Notes: generated by a model not told the origin, from the sequence alone. Numbered from the stretch's first letter, positions 1-12,321 are shown. The stretch is 64,000 nt of DNA from Octopus vulgaris (GCA_951406725.2 OX597815.1:89900001-89964000); one strand, 5' to 3'. Program-made: numbers and translations.

Positions 1-66
1 GATGATGATGATAATGATGATGACGACGATGATGACGACGATGATGACGACGATGACAACGACAAC
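1..66. repeat. (GAT)n/(GAC)n trinucleotide microsatellite
   Basis: Visible tandem GAT/GAC triplets. Confidence 0.9.
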
Positions 67-656
67 GAAATATGGCGCTTCGATAAAATATAGTGGTGCT
101 GATGATGGTCATTATCATGGCGTTTATGATGATGGAGATATATTTTCCATTTGTTTCGCATCTATAGCACTGTTTTCGATTGGGACATAACTGCTAAAAA
201 TATGATGGATAAATATTAGCAGCTACACAAACAGTTATTTTCACATAAAAATTTCATATTCATTAAAATAGCGTTACTTTGCTTATAAATTCATTGAATA
301 TGACAAACGAAAGTGTCAACACTTTAATAATTATGTGTCAAAATGTGATTTAAGAAGAAAAAAATAACAGAAAACTAAGAGTAAGTCTCTTCGTTGACAT
401 TCCAATCGTTGACATTCCAATTTATGTAACGAAACACGCGAACTTTACTTAAATCTATCAATTCATACGAATATCTGAGCTGAAAAAGGTGTTTAGTTAT
501 AGAGGAATACATGAATGTATACATATAGACACGCATACATGAATAATGTTAATAAGTAAATATTCTGGAACTCTATTCATTGATGTAGAAGCCATTCTTG
601 ATTCTTTCACTACATGTTCTTACTGTGTCTTCTGGTTGTTAGAACAAGCGAATAAT

Positions 657-737
657 ACACACACACACGCATGCACACATACACACACACACGCATGCAC
701 ACATACACACACAAACGTACATACACATACACACACA

Positions 738-774
<37 letters not shown>

Positions 775-821
775 GTATGTACGGAGAGGAGAAAGAGACA
801 GACAGACAGACAGACAGATAT

Positions 822-883
<62 letters not shown>
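657..883. repeat. Compound microsatellite (CA)n-(TA)n-(TATG)n-(GACA)n-(GATA)n
   Basis: Directly visible; source of the spurious ORFs 546-833 and 610-942. Confidence 0.95.
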
Positions 884-884
<1 letters not shown>

Positions 885-958
885 TTAATAAGGATAATAT
901 CGATATTATCAAGTGGCCAGCATGGGAATAAATACCATACAAAGGTAATAATTTTTTT

Positions 959-1110
959 TACAACTATAAATAAGGGTATCTGAGAGACACCACCATGCCG
1001 AAATCCCTGACTCTAAAAAATATGAACATTTAAGGTGGTTTTTAGAGTCAGGGATTTGACTGCTATTTCGGCATCGTGGTGTCTCTCAGATACCCTTATG
1101 TATAGTTGTA
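959..1110. repeat. Fold-back inverted repeat with about 60-70 bp arms
   Basis: tacaactataaataagggtatctgagagacacca...ccctgactctaaaaa is the reverse complement of tttttagagtcaggg...tggtgtctctcagatacccttatgtatagttgta; the right arm has 11 extra nt. Confidence 0.9.
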
Positions 1111-1144
1111 TATAGATAGATAGATATTTCTACTCCTTTGTTTT

Positions 1145-1745
1145 TCGTCAGTAGCAAGTATTCACGGGCAACAGCATGCTACTGATATAGTAAACCTAGT
1201 TTACTGTATCAGTAACGGCGGACTTTGTAATAGCATGCAGTTGCCAGTCGAGATTGGCTACTGACGATGCTCATTTAGTCAGAAATGTGCATTTAATAAT
1301 GCTGTCATCGCTGCTGGACGACTTTCTTTTCCTAATATATTTCTGTGTTTTTAGTACTATACATCTATATGAGATGCTCTCGCGGGACGAATACTGCAGT
1401 TAATTATGCTTTCACCATTGTATCTGCTTTATATTTCATAAACAGATTGCTATTTTAAATTAATACTGCTTCTGTTGCATGTAATTTATGTTTATTCAGC
1501 CTATCGTTTAAATCCGACACCAGTTACGTTTCTATCAGTTTTACTATGTTATGATATATATCATTGTCGGCCGGCTGTATCCTAGTATGTGGTTGCAAGT
1601 CGATACTTGCTAAGAACAAAGCTCAAAGACGAAATCCTTATTTAGCAATGCCGATGTCGATGCTGGACGATTTCCATTTGCTACTGATACATTTCAGTGT
1701 ATTTTTTAGACTGTACGTCAATAAGTGCTATCTCGGGTGAAGACG
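1145..1745 (+). mobile_element. Diverged ~350-bp direct repeat pair with degenerate Type I hammerhead motifs and a 5' fold-back (pLTR/retrozyme-like)
   Basis: 1240-1390 aligns by eye with 1590-1745; gcta-CTGACGA...GAAA at 1257-1285; ttgcta...GAAA...tagcaa at 1607-1648; 1145-1195 is the inverse of 1199-1267. Confidence 0.55.
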
Positions 1746-1809
1746 TCAGTGGATTAGGCTCCTAACAATGAAACAAGTTTTGAAAATGCAATTTTTTAAA
1801 TGTTTATTC

Positions 1810-1851
1810 ACTTGACTGGTTTCACTTTTTTAGAAAAAGATTGTCAGAAGT
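1810..1851 (-). ncRNA. Minimal Type I hammerhead ribozyme motif, degenerate
   Basis: Minus strand reads actt-CTGACAA-tctttttctaaaaaagt-GAAA-ccag-TC-aagt; stems I and II pair; G8 is A. Confidence 0.65.
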
Positions 1852-2129
1852 AAAAGGTAAAGCTTTGTAAAAGCTTTGTTGCGTTAAGTACTGGTTGTCA
1901 CAAAATATTACAATACATACATACATTCTTTGATAATAAAAAGAAAATGTTAAAAACAGTTTACAAGGAAATCTCTTGAGAAAATATTAAAAAGTTCATT
2001 AAAAATATTACGATTTCATTAAAAATCATGTTTGTTTGCAAGCATCTATATATATATATATATACACAGAAAAGTATTAGTTAAAAAAACGTCATATTTG
2101 GTAGTGCGGTACCTTACAACTTTGCTTTG

Positions 2130-2190
<61 letters not shown>

Positions 2191-2201
2191 AACTTTCTCA
2201 G

Positions 2202-2232
<31 letters not shown>

Positions 2233-2284
2233 AGAAATATTGAGTTTCTAAATCTCTCGTAGAGAGGTGTACGGTGGTGGAGCG

Positions 2285-2533
2285 ATATAATGGTTGTATA
2301 CTGTCAATCTAACAAGAACGTGACAGTAGGGAGTACACCACCGTTATATAGCCCTAGGAGGCATCGAACGCCTCCTGACAGCTTCGACACATTTTATCCT
2401 GTGTCCTTATATATATAAGAACACAGGATAAAATGTGTCGAAGCTGTCAGGAGGCGTTCGATGCCTCCTAGGGCTATATAACGGTGGTGTACCCCCTACT
2501 GTCACGTTCTTGTTAGATTGACAGTATACAACC

Positions 2534-2540
<7 letters not shown>
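2285..2540. repeat. Near-perfect 256-bp palindrome (128-bp arms) centred on a TA tract
   Basis: Arms 2285-2412 and 2413-2540 are reverse complements with two visible mismatches; flanked by direct repeat taccaactttctcagct at 2187-2203 and 2574-2590. Confidence 0.95.
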
Positions 2541-2577
<37 letters not shown>

Positions 2578-2588
2578 AACTTTCTCAG

Positions 2589-2632
<44 letters not shown>

Positions 2633-2760
2633 CACAAATTTCCACACGAAAGCACTTGACCTCTGCCCTAGGCATGTAGCTTCAACCGTGTCTCTCTGAA
2701 TTTGCTACCCAGGTATCGGTTAACCGAATTATCCATAATAAGATAATTCATTCAACTACT

Positions 2761-2871
<111 letters not shown>

Positions 2872-3429
2872 ATGTACACTTTGTTTCTATGCAACCAGAA
2901 GTATATGAATTAACTATTATAGAAATTGAATACATTTGAAGTGACAACAGTTCGGTTATTTTCTAAGTCTATCCTTCTGTTTACCAAACTAGGGCTGTGT
3001 ATGTATATGTCATTATTCAGCTTTAGTTCAAGGTTTCTTACCAATAGAGAAACAGTCGGTTTCTAACCAAGATCCAAACTTCCTTCTTTGGAATTTCAAC
3101 ATGACCAGTGTATTTTTGTCTGTATGCATGTATATGTGCACATTTATATATTTTCTTTATGTATTCTCATGTATACAGATGCATACCTCGATATGCTTAC
3201 ATATAAACGATAAACGTTTGGAACCTTTCACAGATTTTACCGTTCCAGTGATGAAATGAATTTGTAGTAACCGAATGAGCTTTCTCTGTTCTGGTTTTGA
3301 GAAGCCTAATTTCTCAAGAGTAGTATATAGGCAGTGTGTTACACATCACAATGACACAATAATTACAAGTAAAAACCTGAACTTGTAATCTGGATAGAGT
3401 AACTGCATATTTCTTAAGCTTAGGTATTT

Positions 3430-4345
3430 TCTTTTTCGCTGCTCTTTAGCTTTATGTTAACATCCACTAGGCAACTGATTTCTAGGACTGTACTCAGTTT
3501 CTCGTCTCTATCAAAAATCTTTATGTCAGGTCTACTGTATAGTATTTACATTTGATGGATATTTCTCCTCATCTTGTTTGGTGTTAACCCAACGTTTCGG
3601 CTGATATACCTTCCAGCCTTCATCTAGCATCAACTCGTCTAGAAAGAAATTATGAATAACATTCATATTTCTAGCAGTTGAAGATCCTGGCATGTAGCAA
3701 TTTGTTTTCTGCAATAGAAACGATAATGGATTCAGTGCAAAATTGTAAAGAAGTACAGAAAGACTATATGTTTGGAATTTTCCCTTTGTAATGCCTATAC
3801 TATTAGAAACAATTATTCTGTTCTCATTTGTAAGGATAAGGGTAGTTGCCCTTGTCTTTGTGATTTTCCCAATAGCAGCAATTAAGGTAGTAGCTATCAT
3901 TACCAGATGTAAGCACTTCAACAGCCATGAATGACGGATAGATTCAAAAGATTTTCTATAATCAAGCTATACTGCCTGAATGTTTCTGCGTTGTTTTCTT
4001 ACTTCAGACAATAAAGCTTTGTTCATTAAAAGTTGTTCAGCATACCCCACACTCCCTTCTTTCTGTCAGCCTATTCATCATTCACAATGTGGTTTGACTC
4101 ATAATGATCCTGGGAGAATTGGCTGAGGCAACTGGCGTACAGTTTGTACATAATGTTTAGGCAAACAACGGGCCTGTAGTTTTCTGCCATCTCAGTGATT
4201 TCATTTTTGGCAAAAAGATTTGTCCTTGGTGTAGCAAGCCAATTTGGTATATCAGTCTGACCCGCCATAGTCCTTTTGAACATACATATCAATTGGTTTC
4301 TATAAAATGTCAGCTTCTTGTATCAATATCCAAATTTTAGGTCCC
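3430..4345 (-). mobile_element. R4/Dong-like non-LTR retrotransposon reverse transcriptase remnant
   Basis: NYRPVVCLNIMYKL, EQLLMNK, LDYRKSFESIRHSWL, ALNPLSFLL and HNFFLDEL resemble RT subdomains of restriction-like-endonuclease LINEs; stops and frameshifts; may continue past 5040. Confidence 0.75.
3541..3624 (-). mobile_element. Solo PLE pLTR fragment with 5'-truncated hammerhead, inserted in the Dong-like RT
   Basis: Minus strand GATGA-aggctg...cagcc-GAAA-cg-TT-gggtt...; homologous to 19310-19390 and 19930-20017. Confidence 0.75.
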
Positions 4346-4385
4346 TTCCATGTATGTATGTATGTATGTATGCATTTATATATGT

Positions 4386-4938
4386 CAGGTCACTTTCGAG
4401 TGCTACTGGTAATATGTAACCCAGTACAACCTGTTGCATGGTCGGGTCGTCGGCGACTAAACCGGCAACCCCACCAAGCTTGCTTGGTGAGGAGGGTGTT
4501 TATTGGACACCCTGAGGGTTGAAAAACAAAACTCGTCAATGGGCGGAGGAACTCTTGAGAGTCAACCGCCATCAAATAAATGTCTTAAGGCTGTATCATG
4601 CGCGGGGACATAGAAATAATCGGACTGAATACCCGATCGCACGGGTATTAAACCATTGGGAGTGAAGGACTCCTTGCCTTTGTTAGGGCATCCTTCTAGG
4701 AGAAGGTAACTCAGGTAACTGGGATAACTCCGACATAAAACCTGCGGCTCAGTGGTTACCGATGATGTTGACTTGTTTTTTTTTTCGGATTATGGCTGCT
4801 GTTGCTTAGTGAGTGGGATTGACTCAGTGCACAGCCTTTTCTCACTTTAAAAAAATCTTCTTGCATAGGCATTGCACGATAACAACATTGATTAAGCTTC
4901 GTGCAATGGCCATACTCGATAACGAGGGGGCAACCACC
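4386..4938 (+). mobile_element. Non-coding RTE-5'UTR-like retroposon with 16-bp target site duplication (TSD)
   Basis: TSD atgcatttat(a/g)tatgt at 4370-4385 and 4939-4954; internal ggcaaccccaccaagc...ggtgaggagggtg and tagggcatccttctaggagaaggtaactc resemble RTE 5' UTR motifs. Confidence 0.6.
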
Positions 4939-5554
4939 ATGCATTTATGTATGTATGTATGTATGCATATATGTATATATGCATGCTTGCATACATGTAT
5001 GTATTTATGTATGTATGTATGCATGTATGTATATATGTAAGTTTTTCTAATGTAGCCATAAATATAAATTTAAGGAATCTCCATTGGAGAATATTTTATA
5101 TGCCTTGCAAATTTTCCATGTGACCCTAATAAATTGTATGTAGAGGGCGCCCGTCAGATTCTATTCCTCTTCATAAAAAAGATTTCTAAGCTCTATATAA
5201 GCTCTGTGGTAAGAGGTACAAATAAAAATTTATAGCGAGGTTATTTTTTCACCGTATGTGCTCTCCTTGTCTTGAACATTTCATGGCACGTTAACCTCTC
5301 TAGCCAAATCAACTGCGTTGCATGAATTTTGCCCCTTGCCTCTCAGAACAATATAAGGTCGGTTTCATTTGCAATGAATTCTACCGGTACTCTTTATGTT
5401 AAAGATGTAAAAGCATTTTGGTTCTGATATGCCTTTGATGCATCCATCAGGACTAACCTTCCTGTATTGTAAATATTTTTCGCAATTATGTAATGTCTCG
5501 AGTGTAGGCAATATCATGTAGACATTTTGTATGAATGTATGTGCGTATGTAATG

Positions 5555-5725
5555 GAGGCGCAATGGCCCAGTGGTTAGGGCAGCGGACTCGCGGTCGAAG
5601 GATCGTTGTTTCAATTCCCAGACTGGGCGTTGTGTGTGTTTTTTGAGCGAATACACCTAAAGGCTCCACAAGGCTCCGGCAAGGGGTGGTGGCGTCCCCT
5701 GTTGTACTCTTTCGCCACAACTTTC
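5555..5725 (+). mobile_element. tRNA-derived SINE
   Basis: A-box tggcccagtggttagg and B-box-like gtttcaattccc, followed by a non-tRNA body. Confidence 0.75.
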
Positions 5726-8700
5726 TTGTAGGTGTCTCTTCCGTTGTCGAGGATGATCTCATTTTCCTCAAGTTTTGAAGTGACTTTCAAATCCGATCGG
5801 CAACTGATTTCAGCAATGACGTACAATTTGTAATCTGCCCCATTAGTGTTATTTGCAAGTGTGTGGATATTTCCTGGTTCTACTATATGACTTTCAGGAC
5901 AACCTTCATGCATTTAGTGCATCTTAGCCACAATGTCATGTCACAAGGTAAAGTAATATCTTCCGAACGTTTTCTAACACCAACGGGTGATTTGGATGGC
6001 ATCATCCACCCTGGCATGGTACAATCGACACTTGTACCACGGTGTGGAAGTTTATAGGCATCCTTATCTTTTTGATGATCAGGTATATTGCAGCTGTCTT
6101 TTGTTCTTGGCTAGCAAACACGTAGCCTTTTCTGTGAGATGTTATGTACTTACCACAGGTCCAGGAGAGGCTACTATTCTTGCCAAAGTTGCTGATATTC
6201 TCTTGCTTGTGGGATAAATACTCAAGTATAACTTCCTGCTCGTATGCTGAGTATTTCTCTTCCATATCTCTATTTAAATAGGTCAGTCCATCCGCTCTTC
6301 GTTGACACGGATCAGTTGTAATCTAAGCTTAATCTCATGATGGCATTACCTTCAATGATGTACTTATTTTGCTGTTTACTTTTCAATAGTTGTGGTCGAA
6401 GTGGCACAAAACAGCACCGAAAGGCACTCTTAAATGACCTTATGATTATAATTTCATCATTCCATTTAAAATAGATCCTGAAGGAGTCGTTGTAAATTTA
6501 CCAGTTATTGCATCTTCGTCTTCATGTCTAAATTGTGATTTGCATAAAGGGCTCGGTATAAAATCCCAAATGTTGGCACCAGCAATAGCACTGTGAAAGC
6601 ACTACAGGGCACAAAATTATTGAATACAGGCACCTCTGAATTCCATATATTCCGAAATTTGTTCTGAAATATCATTTTGATACTCTAGCTTTATTCACAA
6701 CACCAACATATGCAATATTATATTCAATTCCAAGGTAAAAGGTCATCATAGGTAATAAAGGAGATAGAGAGGCTATTGATATCTGCATTCCTTCCTTTGT
6801 TGACAATCTTTCCTCGTTTGACAACCATGTATGGGTCATTGTCCTCAGCAAACTCCATTCCTATATACCTGGAGAATGCTCTGACCAGTTCTGTTTCTTG
6901 GTTTTATGAATATTACTCGAGAATAGATTATAGTCATCTACAAAAACGATGTCAGTAAAATTCATCTTCTATCATGTATTTTCTTAGTAGGGTTGATTAA
7001 TGGTTTATTGCTAAAACAAAATATCATCATCACAATTAGCCTGTCACTCTGAAATATTCTGTTGGTAGCTTAATTCTGTTAGTAACAATAGTGGTAGCTT
7101 CAGGTCTTTCTGATAACTATGAGGATCATGCTGCTGCCGGGCACTTAATGATATTGACTCTAGCAGTTGAAAACTTATCAATGTGTAGTGGCTCTATAAT
7201 CCATGAGGGAGGATCAGAGTGTCAGTAGTTTTCTGCAGTGCGTCTTATTTTCCTTAGGAACATTTTTGTTGATGAGAATCTATTCAATAAACCTCCATAC
7301 ATATTTCTATTTCCCTGCCTACTTTTAAGTTACAGCATTGTGTATTTCACAGTGATGCTGAATGCATGCATTCAAGTAACATGTTTATAATTTATGCTTC
7401 CCGTTCAAGCATGCTATCGGCTTCTCTATTTTCGCCGTAGGTTTTGGCTTGATTTAAACTTCTAGTATTGTACGGGCAACTGTCAACCAACCAGCTAAAT
7501 CGTCAATCGCTTTGTTCAATGTTCTTTTGAACTGGTTAATGGGAGCTGTCCTGTGTAATATGAACTTTCTGTACCAATAATCAACAATCAGGTCTCTCCT
7601 AGGTGATTTTCCACTCGACACTTTTTACAGAAATGGTCAAAATTTTATCGTTTATTTCATAAATTTTCAGACAGATGTTTGCGCAGTACTTTAATCAAAT
7701 CGCCTCTCAAATGTGTTGTTCATTTACATTCCACATTCCTCTTCACAGTAATTCTAGATTACTTGGTGTAGTCACCTTTCATACTGGGATACACTGCTTG
7801 TCAATTTATTTTAAATTTGTGCTTGATTTTTTTTAGTTCTCGAAGCTGCTTTTTCTTTTTCCTAATAACAAAATTATTTCCTTAACTTTCGCAAATTGTG
7901 TTTCAGGGCAACTAACTTGCCCGTTGGTGTTTTTTTGTCAACAGTTCTTAAATACTTCAGATAACCTACTATAAAGCTGCAGCGAGTAAATCGTGAATTT
8001 ATTATTCACTTTTCACTTTAAAATTGCGTATAGCTGCCCACTATTTTGCCTGAGTCTGTCAATTTATATCTAGAGGGAGATAACCCATTTCGTTCCATTC
8101 TTTCAACTGTGATCAATCCCTGTACTCCTGCTGTGGCTGCATAGTAACCACAACATAACATAACATCAAATCGGCCAGTTTTCTATCGATTTGACTCAAT
8201 ATCATTCAATTCAAAGATCTACTCAAATTTCTGTCGATAGTTCCCCAACCTTTGATAGCTGACCCGTCTTCTATACTGCCATGGTGTAATATGTAGTAAA
8301 GGCAGCTGTTGAATTCCATTTAGTTTTCTCCGCTATAATCTTCTATAAAAAGTGCTTCACTTTTTTCCAAAGAAGATGGCCAATATGTTTCTTATATTTT
8401 TCTCTGCATGTAGCAATGGCGAATGTTCTTAGGGTTGTATTCATTACAGAAAGATGAATTGTCCCTTTATGTCGACGTAACTGAATTCGACGGCATAATT
8501 TATGTATGTACGTATGAATGCCATGTATATTTATATGTCTGAATGCTACTTAGTTATATACGATCGGGCGCTCTGGTCTCTAATTTCAAATCTGGAAGAT
8601 GTCATTTTAGCTTTCCATAGTTTAGATGTTTATAAATGAAGTAGCAGTCCTAATTAATCGATTGGTAGAATTGTTAGAGGGATAGAAAAAAATGACTTGC

Positions 8701-10099
8701 GGTATCTACACCCACTTCTTAGTTCTGGCCGGCATACTTTCAGTGAAACTGAATCCCAAGCTGCACAGGTTTTAGGAGATGCAAATCAATTAGTTTTCTT
8801 CGAGAAATATTTGAAACTCTTACACTTCTCGAATAATTACTCTCTTCGAAAAGAATGACAACACAGCATATCTTTATAAAGTAAAAGGGATTTCGTTATG
8901 AACAAAATTCTTTCTAATTATTTATTTTTAATTAGTTAAACAAATTCAGAATTGCCACTTATTAATGCATCATATTATTCTTGTCTCTTTATCTGCCTGT
9001 TCCGCTCGCCCTTTACACAAATTTACCTCTTTTGTTCTCTCTCCTTACACAAATACCTACACCTATATACATACATATATATATAAACATATATCTCTCT
9101 ATATAAATATGGATGAGTAGCTGTGTTCATATTTTAGTAACATGTTGCTGTTATATCGGTAGTAAAGGCAATGTTTATTTCTTATATTATGTCGTCATTC
9201 GTAGCTAAAAGCGACCAGTAATAAATCTTATAAAATACCTAATAATCTAACTGCCCCACCCCCACTCCACTAATCTCTGTGTGGGAGTTGTTTTTTTACC
9301 TGAAAAGTATGCTGCAAGGACATCATAGCTATAACACAATACAATAGTTTGTACTTCCACTTGAACATTTCATTATCATTTGTTTCTTAGTGTAGAGTCA
9401 AAACTTATTGGAAGAAGTTTATATCCATATACACATCGAAAAGAGAGATAAACACCTGTATCCCATTACATTCTAACATAAGCGTCTTTGACATCTAGAT
9501 TCATTGCATGCATCACGAATACCATAAAGTTCAAGATTAACAGATTATCAGGTCTACATTATATGTATTAGTTGTGTATGTATTTTATTGTTAGAATAAA
9601 CAATTAATTTATTGCAAGTTTTTTCTTTATTTTAATGATGGAAATCGATAAAAATAACATTTAAGATATAAATACTTATACTATTATACATTATGTGTAT
9701 TTGTGCATTTTCATTTTATTGAACTTTTTAAAAAATTTGACATGACTTTTCACATATGTTAGATTACTAAAACTGAGACACTTTTGTGGAAAACATTATT
9801 TTGTCCTTTAAATATGAGGTGGACTAAGGTTTATGCCAGAGGGATATGAGAAATTAAATTAAATGCTTTCATAAAATGTTATGTTTTAAGACAAAATGTC
9901 ATTTAAATGAATATAGACTTAATATATTTGAAACTATGAATAAACTGTTTTATCTTTCAGTTTAGGAATTATTCCTTTGTCTCTTAATATATTTCTTTGT
10001 TAATTCATTCAAACTCAAATTTCAGAATAGTTTCATGTTCCAAATCCTAGTGGTACATTTTATACCTGTTATAGAGTAAGATATACTATAAAATATATT

Positions 10100-12321
10100 T
10101 AACATATAATTGCCAACCAAGTGTAGCGTCCCATAAAGGACAGTGCTACTGATGTTTATAGCCTCTGGAAGACATCTCTTCTAGCTGGCTCACTACACAC
10201 ATTCTGTGTCCGATTAGTATTTGCGAGGGGAGGTCATCGCTCTCATTTCTAGCCTTCCATGGTACACACAGACTCGAGTTTCTGGGTGGCTACCTGTCCT
10301 CAGCATATGTTAATCAGCAGCTTTTCTCTTTATTATAGGCACAAGGCCTGGATACAGAGGGGACATACACAAACATATGAAAGAATGAATTACAATGAAT
10401 TAAATTCCTAATGAATATGAGACGGTTTTCTCGGTCCCGCTCCGAGACGAAATCGCGATTTCTTTTTTACAATTAAAGGTTTTTACAGTCTTTTTTGTTT
10501 TGTTTTTCCTTTTTAGCTTGTTCTTTTTCTTAGTCTTTTTTTTTAATCATTTTTTCTTTATACATTTTAACAGTCTATTTTTCTCATGTTTTTTTTTATG
10601 AAGTACAAATTTTACATACTTATTTTTTAAATGTTCATAAAGGGTTTCAAATCTTCTAATTCCACGACCGGCGGGAGCTCGACAAACTCGACTTCAACCC
10701 CCAGCGGGTCTATGAAACGTCCATACATTTCTCTCATTTTCAAGAATCTCTCTTTGTATATGACTATTCCTTTAGTGTATACCTGGTATTTTTCTGGCGG
10801 CAGCTTTACTCTTATAACAAATTTATATTTTACAATCGATTTCTCTATTACGTTTGGAATATGTGACCAAATGCCACTTATATCTCTTCCTTTTCACTTC
10901 TGCTTGCTTCGGCTCCCGTCCTGATCTGTTCGGGCGTGCAGAAACATCATAACCAATTTTATGAACGCTTCCTTTTTCTCCCTGTTGTAATGCTGTTTTT
11001 TCCTGTGTGCCTTCTTCTACTACTGCTTCTGTTGGTGCTTCGCACCCATTTCTATTTTCTTCCATCACAATCTCCTTTAGCCTTTTTTGACTGTCTGGGG
11101 GAGAATTCACCCGTTCCTTTCTCTTCCTCGTGTTTACTACTGAGAAGGGTTCCTCTACTGTATCTGTCTCTTTCATTAGTACTACCTCTTCGGTATTGTT
11201 TTCTTCACTTTTCTTCTCCTCTCCATTTTCCTTCTCGGGACATCTTGCTTTCATGTGCCCCTTTTTGCCGCATAGGCAGCATGTTGTTGGTCTTCCTTCT
11301 ACTGTTATTCGAAGTCTGCTGTCTTCCGGGAACATTATTTCCTCCGTTATACTATGCAAGTCTTCCAAAGATACCTGCATGGTCACTTCGAGGCTATATC
11401 CCCACCAATTGGATTTTGGGGTCCTTGTTATCTTGAGGATCTCTACTCCATCCTTTATATCGTGTATTATGGCTGCTAGCAGCCATTCTTTCTCGATTTC
11501 GGGGCGGGGGACGGGACACTCTTCCAACTCTCACAGTACGTTTGCCACAGTACGTCGGAAGTAGTATCCATTTTGTTGTCCGTAACGGCTCCGTGGAGTG
11601 GTTTATGGCATCTTCTTCATTGCCAAACCTTATTTCCACTGAGCCATACTTCTTTCCATGTGTATAGGACGTGGTCATTTTTTCACATTTTCGAGGCATT
11701 CCTCTATTTCTTCTGTTGGGGCTACTTCTATCTTGTTCGAGGACGTAGACAACGTTCTGTATACTACCGTCCTCTTCTCTATGCTTTTCATCAGTTCTTC
11801 TGCGGGAGTCAGCTTTGGACTGGTTCCCTCCTTTTTTACAAATTTTCTTCCTACCTTCTTCCTTCTTGTGTCAATTTCTATTTCCTGGACTTCCAGGGTG
11901 TAGGTATTTATTCCTCGTGTCGTTGCCGCTGCGTAACTTTGTCTATTCTCCATCTTTCTTCCCTCTTCCCGTAGACGGGGATTAAACAGGTGCAGACGAA
12001 ACAGTAACTGAAATTCAATAATTTACATAATGCAACGAATCTTGGTTCACCCGCGCGGGAAAACCTACAAGAAACATACAATATCAGTGTGCAATAATTC
12101 GAACTCACATAGAAGAAATCACAATCAACACCCAATGTTAATCACCCGCTAGTGATGAAAACACATTCCACTCGCCAAATACTATATGCTATTTCCAGCG
12201 ACAAACAGTTGCTGATCCCGAGAAAGGAGAAATATGCTATATTATATCTCTGAGCGAGATATAAAAAGTAGCAAAACGGAATCGTAACATATAATTACCA
12301 ACCAAGTGTGGCGTCCTATAA
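10100..12321. repeat. 37-bp imperfect direct repeats at 10100-10136 and 12285-12321
   Basis: taacatataattgccaaccaagtgtagcgtcccataa vs taacatataattaccaaccaagtgtggcgtcctataa (3 mismatches). Confidence 0.9.
10321..12222 (-). mobile_element. Tx1/L1-like ORF1-only element (gag-like zinc knuckle), frameshifted
   Basis: Overlapping ORFs 11675-11953, 11394-11699 and 10823-11527 plus a fourth frame to ~10628; CX2CX4HX4C knuckle CCLCGKKGHMKARC; RRM-like YGSVEIRF segment; minus-strand AATAAA near 10330; no RT. Confidence 0.7.

Noticed and set aside
391-420. 15-bp tandem duplication tcgttgacattccaa
   Set aside because: Ordinary slippage duplication
5555-5630. tRNA gene
   Set aside because: Cloverleaf is incomplete and runs into a SINE body; the same holds for the other A/B-box segments
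5730-6270. Cys/His-containing minus-strand ORF pieces resembling a PHD finger
   Set aside because: Frameshifts are needed to build the motif; too weak to assign
10146-10190. gcta-CTGATGT...tagc as a hammerhead
   Set aside because: No convincing stem II, GAAA or stem III
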